Below are positions 51,240-63,676 of a DNA stretch of 64,000 bases, piece after piece; position 1 is the first letter of the stretch; the number at the start of each line of letters is the position of its first letter. Under the pieces are notes generated by a model that saw only the letters and a program-made list of their open reading frames with translations, was not told the DNA's origin and ran no database searches. The stretch is from Macrostomum lignano (lineage: Eukaryota), in assembly GCA_002269645.1 (NCBI GenBank), contig NIVC01001268.1, forward strand, positions 1-64,000. Reading direction: 5' to 3'. The position numbers and the translations under genes were made by a program.

Positions 51240-52480
51240 CAGATTGTTTGTGAAAGAAACCTTCTCAGTAAAAATACCTGTTGAAAGTCTTGCTAGACAG
51301 GTTGTCCACCATACTGACCTTCGCTGCAAACTGAACGCCTCAACCGTCTCGAACTTTCTGAATCTGTTGAAACTGGTTTCAAAGTACCCTTCGTTTATTG
51401 GCTTCCTCGCCAATAGCAGCCCCCCCCCCCACTTTACCGGGAAATCAGCGAAGGAGGTTCCCCCCGGACTTAAAAGTCATAACATGAACTTTTTGGCGCG
51501 TGAGAACCAGAAACTGGTGGAGGATTTGCAACCTGGAGGCACCAGAGAACAGAGCGATTCAGGGGCTTAAGAGAAACAGGTCCGTCCTAATCAAAAAGGG
51601 AGACAAAGGTAACGCAGTAGTCAGGGGGGGGGCGTAGCCCAGCGGTAGCCCAGCTGCTCTGGTGTGCCAGCGACCCAGGCTCGATTCCAAGTGCAGTCGC
51701 ATTAATTTGGGGCTGAATTGGAATCTCGGCTTGGATCTGCTCGTGCAATTAACGGCCTTGAGAGCCAACCCCCCAAGGCACAGTGAAGTGTACATGCCTG
51801 ACGATAAAATAAAGTTAGGGCCGCTGTACACTCCTGTGTGAGTGTGTGCCTGCGTACGTATCCGCGCGCTTGTGTGCCTGCTCAGGGAAGTCGGCGGAAT
51901 GGGCAGCAATGCCTCTCGCCGGTTGTGTGCCTATGTCGCTTAAAGTGCGCCAGTGTGCACACAACCCCCCTGCCTCTAATAAAAAACACAGTAGTCATCA
52001 TGCACCCTACGGATTATAAATTTGCAGCTTAAAACCAATTGCTTAACACTAATGCCTAACAACAGCTGGACCAGCCACTGCAACCCGAGACTGCGGAAAT
52101 TATCAGGGGATCTTCCTCGATTCACGTAACAAAAAGTTCATACCAGAGAAACAGTTCTCCTATCTTAGTCCCGGGAAGGATTTTCGTCACCGGCATTTCT
52201 ATACCTGCTCCCAAAAATTCACAAGTACCCGACCACCTGGCTGATCCCTTTCCGGGTCCCAGCAGACAGACCTATTGTTAGCGGATGCAGTTCTGAGGCC
52301 ATCGGGGGCAGAAAAATATACATCGATATTTTCTTAAACCGATTACCCAAGCGCAACCCACTTTCATTAAGGACTCCTACATGTATGACTCCTATGTACA
52401 GAAGGATCGATTCTGGCTACCTGTGATGTCCAGAGCCTAATACTCCATGATCCCCATAGACCAGGGATTGCAGCGATCCA
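51240..52480 (+). mobile_element. Penelope-like element reverse-transcriptase fragment, degenerate, interrupted by a SINE
   Basis: ENRAIQGLKRNRSVLIKKGDKGNAVV|IMHPTDY, LYLLPKIHK, RPIVSGC, FIKDS and GSILATCDVQSL are characteristic Penelope RT motifs in order. Confidence 0.85.
51623..51984 (+). mobile_element. tRNA-derived SINE, ~362 bp
   Basis: Box A TAGCCCAGCGG (51635-45) and Box B GGCTCGATTCC (51678-88) at tRNA spacing; A-rich 3' end; 12-bp TSD AACGCAGTAGTC (51611-22) / AACACAGTAGTC (51985-96). Removal restores the Penelope frame. Confidence 0.82.
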
Positions 52481-53734
52481 GGTATTCTTTAACTGATACC
52501 CAGACCCTACCAGACCGGATGCTGAGATAATAAAGCTACAGGAACTGTGTTTGTGCAGGAATCAATTCTTCTTCTTCTCCCACCTCGCCGTCAGCATCCG
52601 AATCAATATTAGCATCAGAATCGTTGCTTTTTGGAGGACTGCTCATTCTTCTGATGTCTTTGCCTTTTTTCAATGCGAGGTCGCTTACCAGCTGGCTCCA
52701 GTACAACAAAGATCGTTGCTGTTTTGGGCTTCATTGATGCCCGCAATTACCTGCCTTAGCGACTCATGCGTGGTGACCTGTTCGTCAGCTGTCAGCTGAC
52801 GAGCCTTTTGCATCACCATCCGCCTCACGTTGCGCATGCGATTATCACCACTGGGCAGTTATAGATGACCACAGTGGGTCCTGAATCCGCTCACCTTGGC
52901 CGCGTTCTTCCACTACAGCTATCGTGTTGGGCCGTTAGCTGACCCAACACAACTTTGTTTATTATTTATTTTCAATAGTTTTTATAGTATACTGGCGTTT
53001 CAGTGTTTACCTCGCAATAACGCCAACATTGACAATACCCCCCCCCCCAATTGCGAACCCTTCACACCCAAACCCAAATACTCATGGCCCCACCCCAACC
53101 CAACCCTCCTCAATACGATTGACGATCTGAGTTAGTTTACATAGATTAAACCGTCAGTACATTTATATGCTCTTTGTAAAACATTGCGCTTGTAAACATG
53201 TTTGTGGGAACTAAAAAGTTCATTTAGCGCTGCTACATACACCAAAAGTGTTCGCAGAACTTTATAGGTTGTTTTTTTGTTTTCGCCCTCCAGCTAGCCC
53301 CACCCCCGTCCATTGCCCACCCTCCCCGCACTTAACGGGTTTTGTTATCTGTTTGTACCTGACCAACCTCTAATTATCACAATACTCCCCGCGGGACTCC
53401 AACCCCCCCCCAAGAAATTAGACGCGATTACTGATTATTTCATTCAAAGTTTCAGTTATTACTATTGAGTAAGATCTTTTGAATATGCATACAATTATTA
53501 ATAAATGGATAGACAAACTATTTTTACGACGTAGTAACAGTGGCTTATTCAAAAGCAATTGCTTTTTCTAAGTGCATTTTGTTGTGCTTGAACAGAGTGG
53601 CGAGGTAGGAATGATATACGTTTGTGCAGCCCCTAAAATTCTTCAAACTTTCTCAGACATATTGTATCGATAATATTCCACAGGGGGTGCTGCTTAGTGC
53701 TTACCATTCATCTGACCAACCCCATGCTAGGCGC

Positions 53735-54272
53735 GCTGGGCCTCTCTAATTTCTCCAGTTCAACCGACCCGACTCGCACCCCTACCCCCTCACCCTGTTC
53801 ATTGCGTGCTGGGCCTCTCTAATTTTTCCACTTTAACCAACCCGACTCGCACCCCTACCCCCTCACCCTGTTCATTGCGTGCTGGGCCTCTCTAATTTCT
53901 CCAGTTTAATCAACATGACTCGCACCCCTACCCCCTCACCCTGTTCATTGCGTGCTGGGCCTCTCTAATTTCTCCAGTTTAATCAACATGACTCGCACCC
54001 CTACCCCCTCACCTTGTTTATTGCGCGCTGGCCTCCAGTTTAACCAACCCGACTCGCACCCCTACCCCTTCACCCTGTTCATTGCGCGCTAGGCCTCTCC
54101 AATTTCTTCAGTTCAACCAACCCGACTCGCACCCTTACCCCCTCACCCAGTTCATTGCGCGCTGGGCCTCTCCAATTTCTTCAGTTCAACCAACCCGACT
54201 CGCACCCTTACCCCCTCACCCTGTTCATTGCGAGCTAGGCCTCTCCAATTTCTTCAGTTCAACCAACCCGAC
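53735..54272. repeat. 73-bp tandem repeat, ~7.5 copies
   Basis: GCTGGGCCTCTCTAATTTCTCCAG...CCCTGTTCATTGCGT; starts at 53735, 53808, 53881. Confidence 0.93.
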
Positions 54273-55800
54273 CTGCTAACTTTCCAGCCGACCCACCCCA
54301 ACTCCTTGCACCGCCTCACCTCCACCACTCCCATCGCCACTCTGCCCTCCTATCTCCGCACTGTTCGGCGGGGTTCTGCTACAGCTAACCCATACTACTG
54401 AAGATATTTCTTAGAATCTGCAAGAGAGGTACTAAAACTTATAAACAGGCTTACAGGACCAACGATTAATCTAGGTCGGGTTCCCAAAGGGTTCCATCCC
54501 TGTGGCTGTGGGTCAGCGCCGTTGCTAATGCTGCGCCCATTCACCGCGCACGCTTTCTCCGCCCAGGGACTGCGACCGGCTTCAGTTATTTTTCAGTTTC
54601 TCAGAGCCTGTCCTGCGGCTCCACGAGCATCATCTATGGCATCTCCTGTAACCAGTGCCACCATAAGAAAATCCTCTATGTAGAGATGACAAAAGGACGA
54701 TGAGAGAAAGAATGAACCAGCATAGGTCACATATTAACAGCAACAGAAGAGTTGTTACCTCGGGGTCAGCGCACTTTCTCACCCCCAACCACTCGATTGC
54801 AAGCATTGTCACCATTGCTATTGAGCAAGTTCTAAATAACAACAAAATCGAACTAAAGAAATAAGTCTGGATTAAAAAACTGGAGACTGACAAACAACCG
54901 GGTACGAATATCAGGGTTGACAACCATCTTCTCCGGCCCATCTCACTGGTCCTTCCTTTTCAACCCATCTTCGGTCTGGCTCTCCAACTTCAAAACCCGC
55001 ATTTCATTTAACCGTTGTATTTTTAAAAACACTCTTTTTTAATACACCAAATACTCTGTCAATAAAAATAACTGGTTGAAAGCCTCTGGGACAAGGTAGA
55101 GCTAAATAGAACAGATCATTAGATGCACAACCATCATACATACAGCTCTCACCGATTTTATTAGACTGACAAATCATACTTAAAAGTCATATTTGCATTG
55201 CATTATACGCTAATTTTTGGCCTGACAAAGAGCCCAGAGGCTTGAAAGCGGTTGCCAATTTTAGAAGTGTTGTGATTCGAAAAAATTAAGTCGTAATAAT
55301 TGAATTTTATTTGTTATAACGAAGAGAAGGGAAAATACATGTACTTCAGGGCATTATTAAATATTACTGAGTGAGACAATAGATAATTAAAATATCAATC
55401 CTAACTAGCACAAGAACTCCGAGTGTAAAAAGGAAGTCAATACGCCGTGACCTCTCCACTTCTCTCCCCTCTCCTCTCTGTAGTACATGTATGTATAGTG
55501 GATATCTGGTTTCTCTCTGTATTGAATCTACTCCGCAAGCAATCTGTAAAGAAAGTATTCGTTATAAACAAATAAAAAAATATTAAATTAGTATTCATTG
55601 CACTTTTGAAAAATAAATATTATTTCTGTATTTTTATAAAAAAACTACGCTTGCCGTGCGAACTTTATTAATTCATTGATTAACTGCGAAGCTACTAATG
55701 AGTAGTACATTTCAGTATTTGTGAGTCACGTCTAGTTTAAAATAGGATCCTTTGAGATAAAATGTGAAACACAATGAGAGCGCAATCGAGTTATGGCTGG

Positions 55801-58800
55801 TTACCATAGCAACACGTTGACAGCGTCGCTTGGACTCGGTGCGGTAGTGAAGTTTCCTGGAAACTCTGTTGCGACGGTGGTGCCGTTGGAGTCCTCGTGG
55901 TGGATCTGCGGCTCGGGCACCGTGAGCCTGATGAGCACAGCCAGAACTATATAGCTGATGAGCAGTATGGCCGCTGGGATTTTCGATTTGAGCACTTTGC
56001 TGATGGAAATTCGCTTGTTGTCCAAGTTTGCGGATGTCCCTGCAGCTACTGAGTTGTCTGGCACGAGCTGGTCGAAGCTTCTCTGAGATCGGCCGCCGGC
56101 TAGGATGGCTGCAGAGGGTGTCAGGGGATGGGCACACTGAGGTGTCAGGGGATGGGCACACTGAGGTGTCAGGGGATGGGCACACTTTGAGGTGTCATGG
56201 GATGGGTACACTTTGAGGTGTCATGGGATGGGAACACTTTGAGGTGTCATGGGATGGGCACACTTTGAGGTGTCATGGGATGGGAACACTTTGAGGTGTC
56301 AGGGGATGGGCATGCTTTGAGGTATCAGGGGATGGGTACACTTTGGGGTGTCAGGAGATGGGCACACTTTGAGGTGTCAGGAGATGGGCACACTGAGGTA
56401 TTTAAAGGCGGCACACTTCGAGGTGTCAGGAGGCGACACACTTTCAGTTGTCAGACGACCCTGTTGTGCTCAAACAACTAAGTAGCAGCCCAGCAACTCA
56501 CGCCGGGTCTCATCGTGAGTAATAAATCCTTCAACGTCGGTCTCGCGCTCCGCGGAGCCGGACACCTTCTTGGACACGCCGGTCCAGTCCAGCCTGAGAG
56601 TGATCACCAGCCCGAGGACACTCCAAGCCACGGACGCGATCAAGTAGCCGCTCCATAGGCCGAGCATCCCGATGCCCACAGCGAAGGTCAGACTGAGACC
56701 GATGGGGTGCCCGACGAACCAGAGGGACACCAGGGCAACGAACATGCATGTCTTGTGAAAGTTGCAGCCACGTAGTGCCGCTATGTGGCCCCAGGCCGAT
56801 GCAACGACGAACACGTACGGGATGACGAAGTAAATGACCTGTCTGAATACCTCAGTAGTCTCCTCGTCCGCTGAGAATATCTTTGGAATGACGTCTTTGA
56901 GAGCCAGCATCAGAAGGGCTTCGATTAGGCCGATGAAGCCTAAAAGGTATGGAGGAAAGCGCCTTATTTAGTGAACTTCAGCGATTGATCGGCTTGAAGG
57001 ATTTTTAATGACTTATTGTGGAGGTTTACTGGGTCTGTGTGATATAATGTGCTTAATGTGTAAGCTCATGTACCTGTGGGTGATTAAGCGTGCCGAATAG
57101 GTATTAATAGTGCGATTAGAGAATGAGATTACCCAAACGCGTGAGACCCTGCACCTCACCGTCGGACGCAATTATACGCTCGTATTTAGGCTAGAATGGA
57201 GTTGGTGCACCAATCCCAAAATACACGCAGTAACAAACAACCTCCCCCCCCCAGACAACGACCGCACGTGCACCCTCCAGTGCACTAACAAGCCGACGAC
57301 ACCACTTTCCCCCTAGAAGAAAAAGACGGGGTCACGCAAAGCCCGCCATGTAAAAGTCCATTGGCCGCCGCTCCCTCGCCGACCGACGCTCCGCTGGGAC
57401 CACCGGCTGTTTCACGGGCTCCTCGTCCACTTGCAACTTTCACGGGCTGCAGAGACTGCCGCTGTACGCCGCTTTGATCAACCAATTATTTTTGTGGCTG
57501 TGCGGCATTGTCGCTGGGGTTGGCGTCGTCCACAGCGGATGGAAGCTTTAGTGATGAGTGCTGCTTCACGAAGCGCTTGAGGTGGTCATGATGCACCACC
57601 AGCCTGCACCTGGGGGCCTTCTCGTCTTGGATTGCGATAGTTGACTTTGCCCGGGCGTCTCAGACTTCGGTACGGCCCGTTCTACTTGTCTTTTTGGCAC
57701 CGCGTCTAAGACCACTGGATGGTGAAGTTTTGGAGCATCACGAGCTGGCCCTCCTCGAACGGCTCGAACCGGAATTCCTGGTTGGCAAGCCGGTTCCGCT
57801 CAACCTGTGCGCACCACAGCCGGCCATGCACCAAGTCAAAAGCGCCCTGCAGGTTCCCCTGAGTCCGCTGTAGGAAGCCGTGATGTCCGCCGTCCGTTGC
57901 TGGCCGGTCGCCATCTATCAGGCAGCTGTCAAAGACCAGCCTTACTGGCCAGCCGTGAACGATCTGTTACGGGCTGAGGCCTGTGGTGCTGTGCACCGAG
58001 GTGTTACAGGCCAAGGTGATATGCGGCAGCTTTCTGTCCCAGTTCTGCTGAGTCTTTGACACCATTTTCGCCAGCATATCACTCAGCATCCGGTTGGTTG
58101 ATCGACGATGCATAATCGATCAATGAAACGGTGACGCGCAGGTCTTCTCGATGCCCAGCCACTCGCAGAGCCAGCCGAACACCTCGATCTTGCATTGCCG
58201 CCCCAGACCGCTGTGCAGCACCTGAGGCGTGCCGTGACGCAAAAGCACCGACTTGAGCAGTGCGTCTGCCACCGTCACCGCGTCAATCATCGCCAGAGCT
58301 GCCGTTTCCATCCACTTAGAGAAAGTGTCGCAAATGCTCATTATGTACGCATTGCCGTAGCTTATTCGCCGGAGCAGCCCTTTGATAGCGATCTGCACCA
58401 GCCACAGAGCCTTTTGTGGCTTGTTCGGGCTCTTCTTGGCGAGGCATATGGCGCAGCTAGCCACCCAGTTCTACACGTCCTGCCGCAGCTCAAGTGACCA
58501 GAAGCGCTCAAGCAGCCTCGCTGCTGTCTTGTCGACTTCAAGGTGCCTGCTCTGGTCGCACGAGTGTGCTTGGTGCAGAAAATTCAGCCACAGATGCCTG
58601 GTCGACGGAACCACGAGACACACGTTGTGCTCCAGGAGGCCTCCTCCAGCCGCTCCTGAACTTGCTCTGCCAATGAATCGGACAGGCTGTCGATGCCTTC
58701 GGCCAGGGTTTGGAAAGCCTTGCTCAGTAGCGGATCCTCCTGTTGTTCATCGTGCAGGTTGCCGTCGTCCCACTGAGGCTGCAGAGACGAATACTGGCCA

Positions 58801-60499
58801 TCCGGCTTAGCGCATCTGGCACCGCATTGTCTCCGCCCGGCAGGTACCGCAGGTCAAAAGAGAACTGCTGCAGAGTCGACAGCCACCGAGCCAGCCGGGT
58901 CCGGGTCCTTGGTCGTCAGCCAGTGGTCCGAGCAGACTTTAAAGCTCGATACGCTCAGCCGGTACATCCAGAAGTTCTTCCGACTCCACACCAGCGCCCA
59001 GCAGCTCTCAGTCTGTCGCCGAGTAATTGTGTTCGGCCTTGTTGAGGGTGCAAGAGGCAAACGAGCGTATCGACTGCCTTGTTGGCGTACAGCAGCTTGC
59101 GCTCCTCCGCCAGATTGCACATTTCAGCGGGTATGCGACACTCGTCCGAGACCACTAGCACGCGAGCAGGCAGGATGCGGTCGACTTGACGACCTTCTCA
59201 GACAGCTCGAAGACCCCCTCCCTGCTTGCCAGTGGAATCCATCTTGAGCCACACCAGCTTCTCGCTGCGTGCGGGTAGCAGCCACCCAACGAGGCTCGAC
59301 TTCCAAAAACTCCTAGCTAATCTTGTTAATCCTACAATCGTTCACTTACCTAGAAGCGCCAGGTTGACTTTGAACACCCGTTTGCCTTTCACATAATTAG
59401 CGGCGCCCAGGTACCGGCCGATTCTGGTGATAGCCGCCGAGCTGGCACCTATGCATGGCTGCATGGTGATGATGAACAGCTGGAAGATGATGCCCTGAGC
59501 TGCCAGCTCCGCCTTGCCCAGGTACCCGGCAACAAAGGTACCTATCTCTGTTGAGCTCACGAAGACCAGCTGGTTGGCGATCGACGGGAACAGATTGTAG
59601 TAGTACTCACCCCACTGTAGGAAGCAGCGCATGGACCAGCCTGCAGGGCGAGGGTGAGTTCCGGGGGATCTGGGATCAGATTGGGGATCTAGGATCAGCT
59701 TGTGGAAGTGGGATCAGCTTGGGGATCTGGGATCAGCTTGGGGATCTGTGATCAGCTTGGGGATCTGGGATCAGCTTGGGGATCTGGGATCAGCTTGGGT
59801 TCAGGATATGATCAGGAATTGTGGTAAGATTGGAGGGTATGCAATACTCTTTTGAAAAAAGCAGTAACCCATGACAGTAATTTTTCAAAAAAATATGAAG
59901 ACAATTTGGCTTACCATGCCAAGTGTTTTTGTGCACCTTGCTGATCACAATGTAAGAAGTCATCATCACGGGCAGGAGGCAGAGCGAGAAGCAGAGCCCC
60001 AGTGCGGCACCGCTGGACAAAGATTGTAGAGGGAATATGATGCGACTTTTACTTTAAAGGAAGCTGTTCTGTCCGTTAAAATTGGCATTGGCCCCACTTC
60101 AATATTGACTCTGACCTGACCTTGCACCTCCCCTAAGTAGTGACCTTACCGCTACTTCATATCGATTTTGTCAACTTCTCTACAGATGCCCTCACGCCCC
60201 CTCCAAAGCAATCCCTGCACCTACTTGACTCCGAGTCCCAGCTGGAACACGAACAGCGCCTCCAGACCGAGGCAGACCAGCAGGGACACCAGGTGCATGA
60301 ACAGGGTGGGGAACACCCGCTGCAGGCAGTCCATGTACGCCATCTGGACTCGATAGATCAGCACGCACAGACAGCCGGGCATCAGGATGGTGATGAAGGT
60401 CTGCGAGCCGCTGGGTCATTGGGAAGGGGATTTAAAAGGGGGGATATTTATTTTCTGTCTATTAAGCATTTCTTGGTGAGAATTAATGTAATTATAAGA

Positions 60500-60567
<68 letters not shown>

Positions 60568-63500
60568 AACGGAAAATTCACAGAGCGAGCAATCATGAAG
60601 TTGAGCCTGCAATTCACTCACATGGCAATCTCGGCATCCTGGCCGATCAGCACCAGCAGTTTGGCACAATTAACAGCGAGGCCGCAGCTTACAATCCACA
60701 TGCACACTGCCGCAGTGATGGCTGCAGTCAAGCATTAATTATTAGGATATGTACGATTAATACACTGCTAGATGCGTCTGGACTATTAGGAAGGCCCAGT
60801 AAATTCCAAACACACCATTGAAAAGTCAAAACAGAGACTCACAGCGCTGAACAATGACACCTGCTCGCTTCTTCTTTGAGCTGCCGAGCGCTTGCGACAG
60901 AAATGTGAGACAGGACCAGCGGAGACCGTTCTCGATTGGCACCACCACCAGCTGGAACACCTGTATAAATTACGGTTGGTGTGGAACGTATACTGCCTTT
61001 CGCATTCCCGCCCGTCACATCCCCTGCCATTCTCATTATGTCTAGGATCTATGTTTTTATTTATGAGCTCATTCTGTTTAACTGGTCATGTAATATATAT
61101 ATATATATATTTAGACATGGTGCACACAAAGTTGGACAGCTGCAGAGATTCATCGGCTTATCGCGGTTTCAATTCAAGCGTTGGTGACCAACTCGAGAAG
61201 AGGCATCAAGCAGTCAAGGATTCTCTATGCCGAGCACCAGAGTTCTCGCGCCATTCGATTAGCAGACAGACAACGCTATCTCTTGAGGTCTGAAGAGATT
61301 GCGTGGGCAGTCCTATTGCAAAATGGGTATTTCATCGAATACGCATCATAGCAATTGTACTCGGATGCCAGATGGAATCTGATCACAAGCCGCTGCAGTA
61401 CATCGTGAAGAAGCAAATCGGTGAAATGTCAGTGAGGTTACAACGCCTTGCTCTGAAGATTCAAGAATTCGACTTGCAGGTCAAATAAGTTCCTGGAAAG
61501 GACTTGTACGTAGCCGATACTTAAGTCGAGCGTACCTAGAGTCAGTTCATTTCCAGGCGTTGAAAAAGTCTGCCTACCTAAAGATTTAATGGCCGAAATT
61601 CGGCAGCACACCAACGCAGAAGTCTTTGTCATAGACTCAAGGATTGGATTCGCGAAGGCTGGCCTGACAATCGCTCACAAGTTCCAGAAGACCTGAAAAT
61701 GTTCTGGATTTTTATATATTCAATTTGAGCTTGCAGAGCATGACAGGCAACAAGACGAAGGCAACACGATGTATATTCCGACCACCATGAGAAAGACAAT
61801 ACTTAAGTTACTTCACCAGAGTCATCAAGGAGTCGAAAAAAACTTTACTGAAGGCGTCAAGAAATTAGGATCATTCGGTACTGCCAAAAATCCGGCACGA
61901 CGCTCAACAGTACATCATCTCGGCTTGTGAAAAGTTCCAGAGCCAGCAAGCACTGCGCTCGTACCAAGAAATAAAGCAATGAAAGCACACTGGAATAATC
62001 CCAGCTTACCCGTTTCAAAAATGTGGCACAGACTTATTCCATTTTAAAGGAGGATTGAAAATCTTGCAAAACGTAGCCTCAGTATATACATGTATACAAT
62101 ACACATTACAATAAGACGCAGAGGACAGCCTTTTGCGCGCACGCGCTCGCAGAACAGACGGGAGGGACAGGCAGCAGCAGCATGAGGGGTCGGCGCAAGC
62201 GCCTCTGGATTTGTACCGATGTAATCGCGTCTTTATCAACAGAGAGTGTCACAAAGAAGCTAACTGAGTGAGTACTTTTCCAACTTTGATACTTCAGTGA
62301 TTCTTTAAGGTGTGACAATGAACCCACAATTCGGATAAAACTCAATTAGCGTTCGCCCACACGGCAATGCGCCAGACTGCAAACACCTTCACCAAGGTAA
62401 ATGGTTTAGTGGAACGAGCAGTTCCAACAGTTCAAGGCTTCTTAAGCAAAAGTGAGGACATCCTGCAAGCAATACTGCACTAGAGAAACACTCCGATTGA
62501 GAGAGGACTTCCTACACCATTGGAACTGATGACGGGAAGGAAAATGCGATACCAGCTGCCAATACCGGAGAAAGACCTGATTCCAAAGTCCTGATTCTGA
62601 TGGACAAGAGGAATACGTCGTATGCAAATGCAGTCCTACAACCAGACAACGAAAACTCTGAAACCACTGAGCAAAGCAGATCAAGTATGGATGCATCAGG
62701 ATTGATGACTTGCTGAACTGGTTGAGCCAGATGAGACAGACCCTGAAAAGTCTTACTAGGTCAAAGCGGCAGCAGGTAATGCCTACAGGAGAAATAGTAA
62801 ATTCCTCGCAAAACGCCATGCTGAGACCAGAACTCGTATTCCGGAGAGGATGCAACTTCTTCGACCCAACGAGACAGAACAACCCGGACCAGGATTCAAG
62901 TGCATCGCAACAGGCTCCTCGGAGCGCACCAAGCGATTCAGTCACCCCAGTCGAAGCTCTATACGACGCATTCTGGTCGAGTTGTAAAGCCGCCGGACTA
63001 CTACAGAGCGACCTGGCTCAATGATGAGAGAACTGGCAATGACCGGATTACCATTTTATGATCTTCATGCATACCGTACACACAACAAAAAGGGGGACAT
63101 TCTTTCTTATGCTTTCATTTATGAGCTCAAACTCTTTAAGTGCTCATGTAAAATATATTCAGTCGCAAATCGCGCACGCAAGCCCTGAAATTCGAGGCTC
63201 GATACTAACACCACAACATACATCCCTACCATTCACATCCCCTGCTATTCACATCCCCTGCTATTCACATCCCCTGCCATTCACATCCCCTGCCATTCAC
63301 ATCCCCTGCCATTCACATCCCCTGCCATTCACATCCCCTGCCATTCACATCCCCTGCCATTCACATCCCCTGCCATTCACATCCCCTGCCATTCACATCC
63401 CCTGCCATTCACATCCCCTGCCATTCACATCCCCTGCCATTCACATACCCTGCCATTCACATCCCCTGCCATTCACATCCCCTTCCATTAATATCTGCCA

Positions 63501-63630
63501 TCCCCATCCATTGCGTTGCCATAGTTACCGAGATAGCCAAGCTCGCGATGTCCAAGGCTTCAATGCTCACAGCGCCGCAGAAGGCCAGAGTTGCGGGGTA
63601 CATCAGGGCGTACAGCAGCACTGAAACCGA
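55801..63630 (-). CDS. SLC47A1: MATE/SLC47 transporter, copy B (exons 2-9; exon 1 beyond window end)
   Basis: Exons 63630-63529, 60960-60843, 60721-60622, 60410-60225, 60012-59915, 59640-59350, 56939-56502, 56108-55801. Lengths are identical to copy A (102, 118, 100, 186, 98, 291, 438, 308) and no stops were seen. The 3' flank 55490-55800 resembles 39410-39750. Confidence 0.9.
56115..56420. repeat. 24/26-bp minisatellite, paralogue of 40065-40625 (shorter), MATE-B intron 8
   Basis: Same unit family, ~11 copies. Confidence 0.92.
57100..59300 (-). mobile_element. Degenerate 5'-truncated Ty3/Gypsy element (RNase H-integrase, possible PPT and 3' LTR) in MATE-B intron 7
   Basis: HHCC Zn finger (..RFWS..VASCAIC); CDTFSKWMET and NRMLSDMLAKMV..WDRKLPHITLACNTSVHSTTGLSP integrase. 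On the minus strand the purine tract AGGGGGAAAGTGG is followed by TGTCG (~57302), consistent with PPT-LTR. LTR end not established. Confidence 0.83.
59660..59795. repeat. 19-bp minisatellite, paralogue of 44835-45305 (~7 copies), MATE-B intron 6
   Basis: Same unit. Confidence 0.9.
60503..60563. repeat. (GA)n microsatellite, MATE-B intron 4
   Basis: ~30 perfect dinucleotides. Confidence 0.98.
61031..63215 (+). mobile_element. Degenerate Ty3/Gypsy fragment (RNase H-integrase) inserted in MATE-B intron 2, absent from copy A
   Basis: ESDHKPLQYIV..RLQRLALKIQEFDL..VPGKDLYVAD, LHQSHQG, CEKFQ, NGLVERAV, RNTPI..TPLELMTGR. Flanks match the two sides of the copy-A intron-2 array. Confidence 0.85.
63220..63490. 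repeat. 16-bp minisatellite CATTCACATCCCCTGC, MATE-B intron 2 (~17 copies)
   Basis: Directly visible. Confidence 0.95.
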
Positions 63631-63676
63631 CTAGTTGGATGATGGGCTGCGTTGGAGCTGTGATACGCTATGGAAG

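Noticed and set aside
49270-51284. 649-aa, 581-aa and 393-aa ORFs
   Set aside because: Stop-free reading of a purine-rich minisatellite in several frames; no coding signature.
51623-51700. Functional tRNA gene
   Set aside because: Box B is mismatched, no clear cloverleaf or acceptor stem could be folded, and the TSD-bounded 362-bp context indicates a SINE.
52500-52900. Coding-like minus-strand stretch (..KKGKDIRRMSSPPKSNDSDANIDSDADGEVGEEEELIP..)
   Set aside because: Frameshifted, with no start and no identifiable family; probably a TE remnant but unsupported.
54630-54941. 103-aa hydrophobic ORF on minus strand
   Set aside because: No recognisable motif or splice context; cannot be told from chance.
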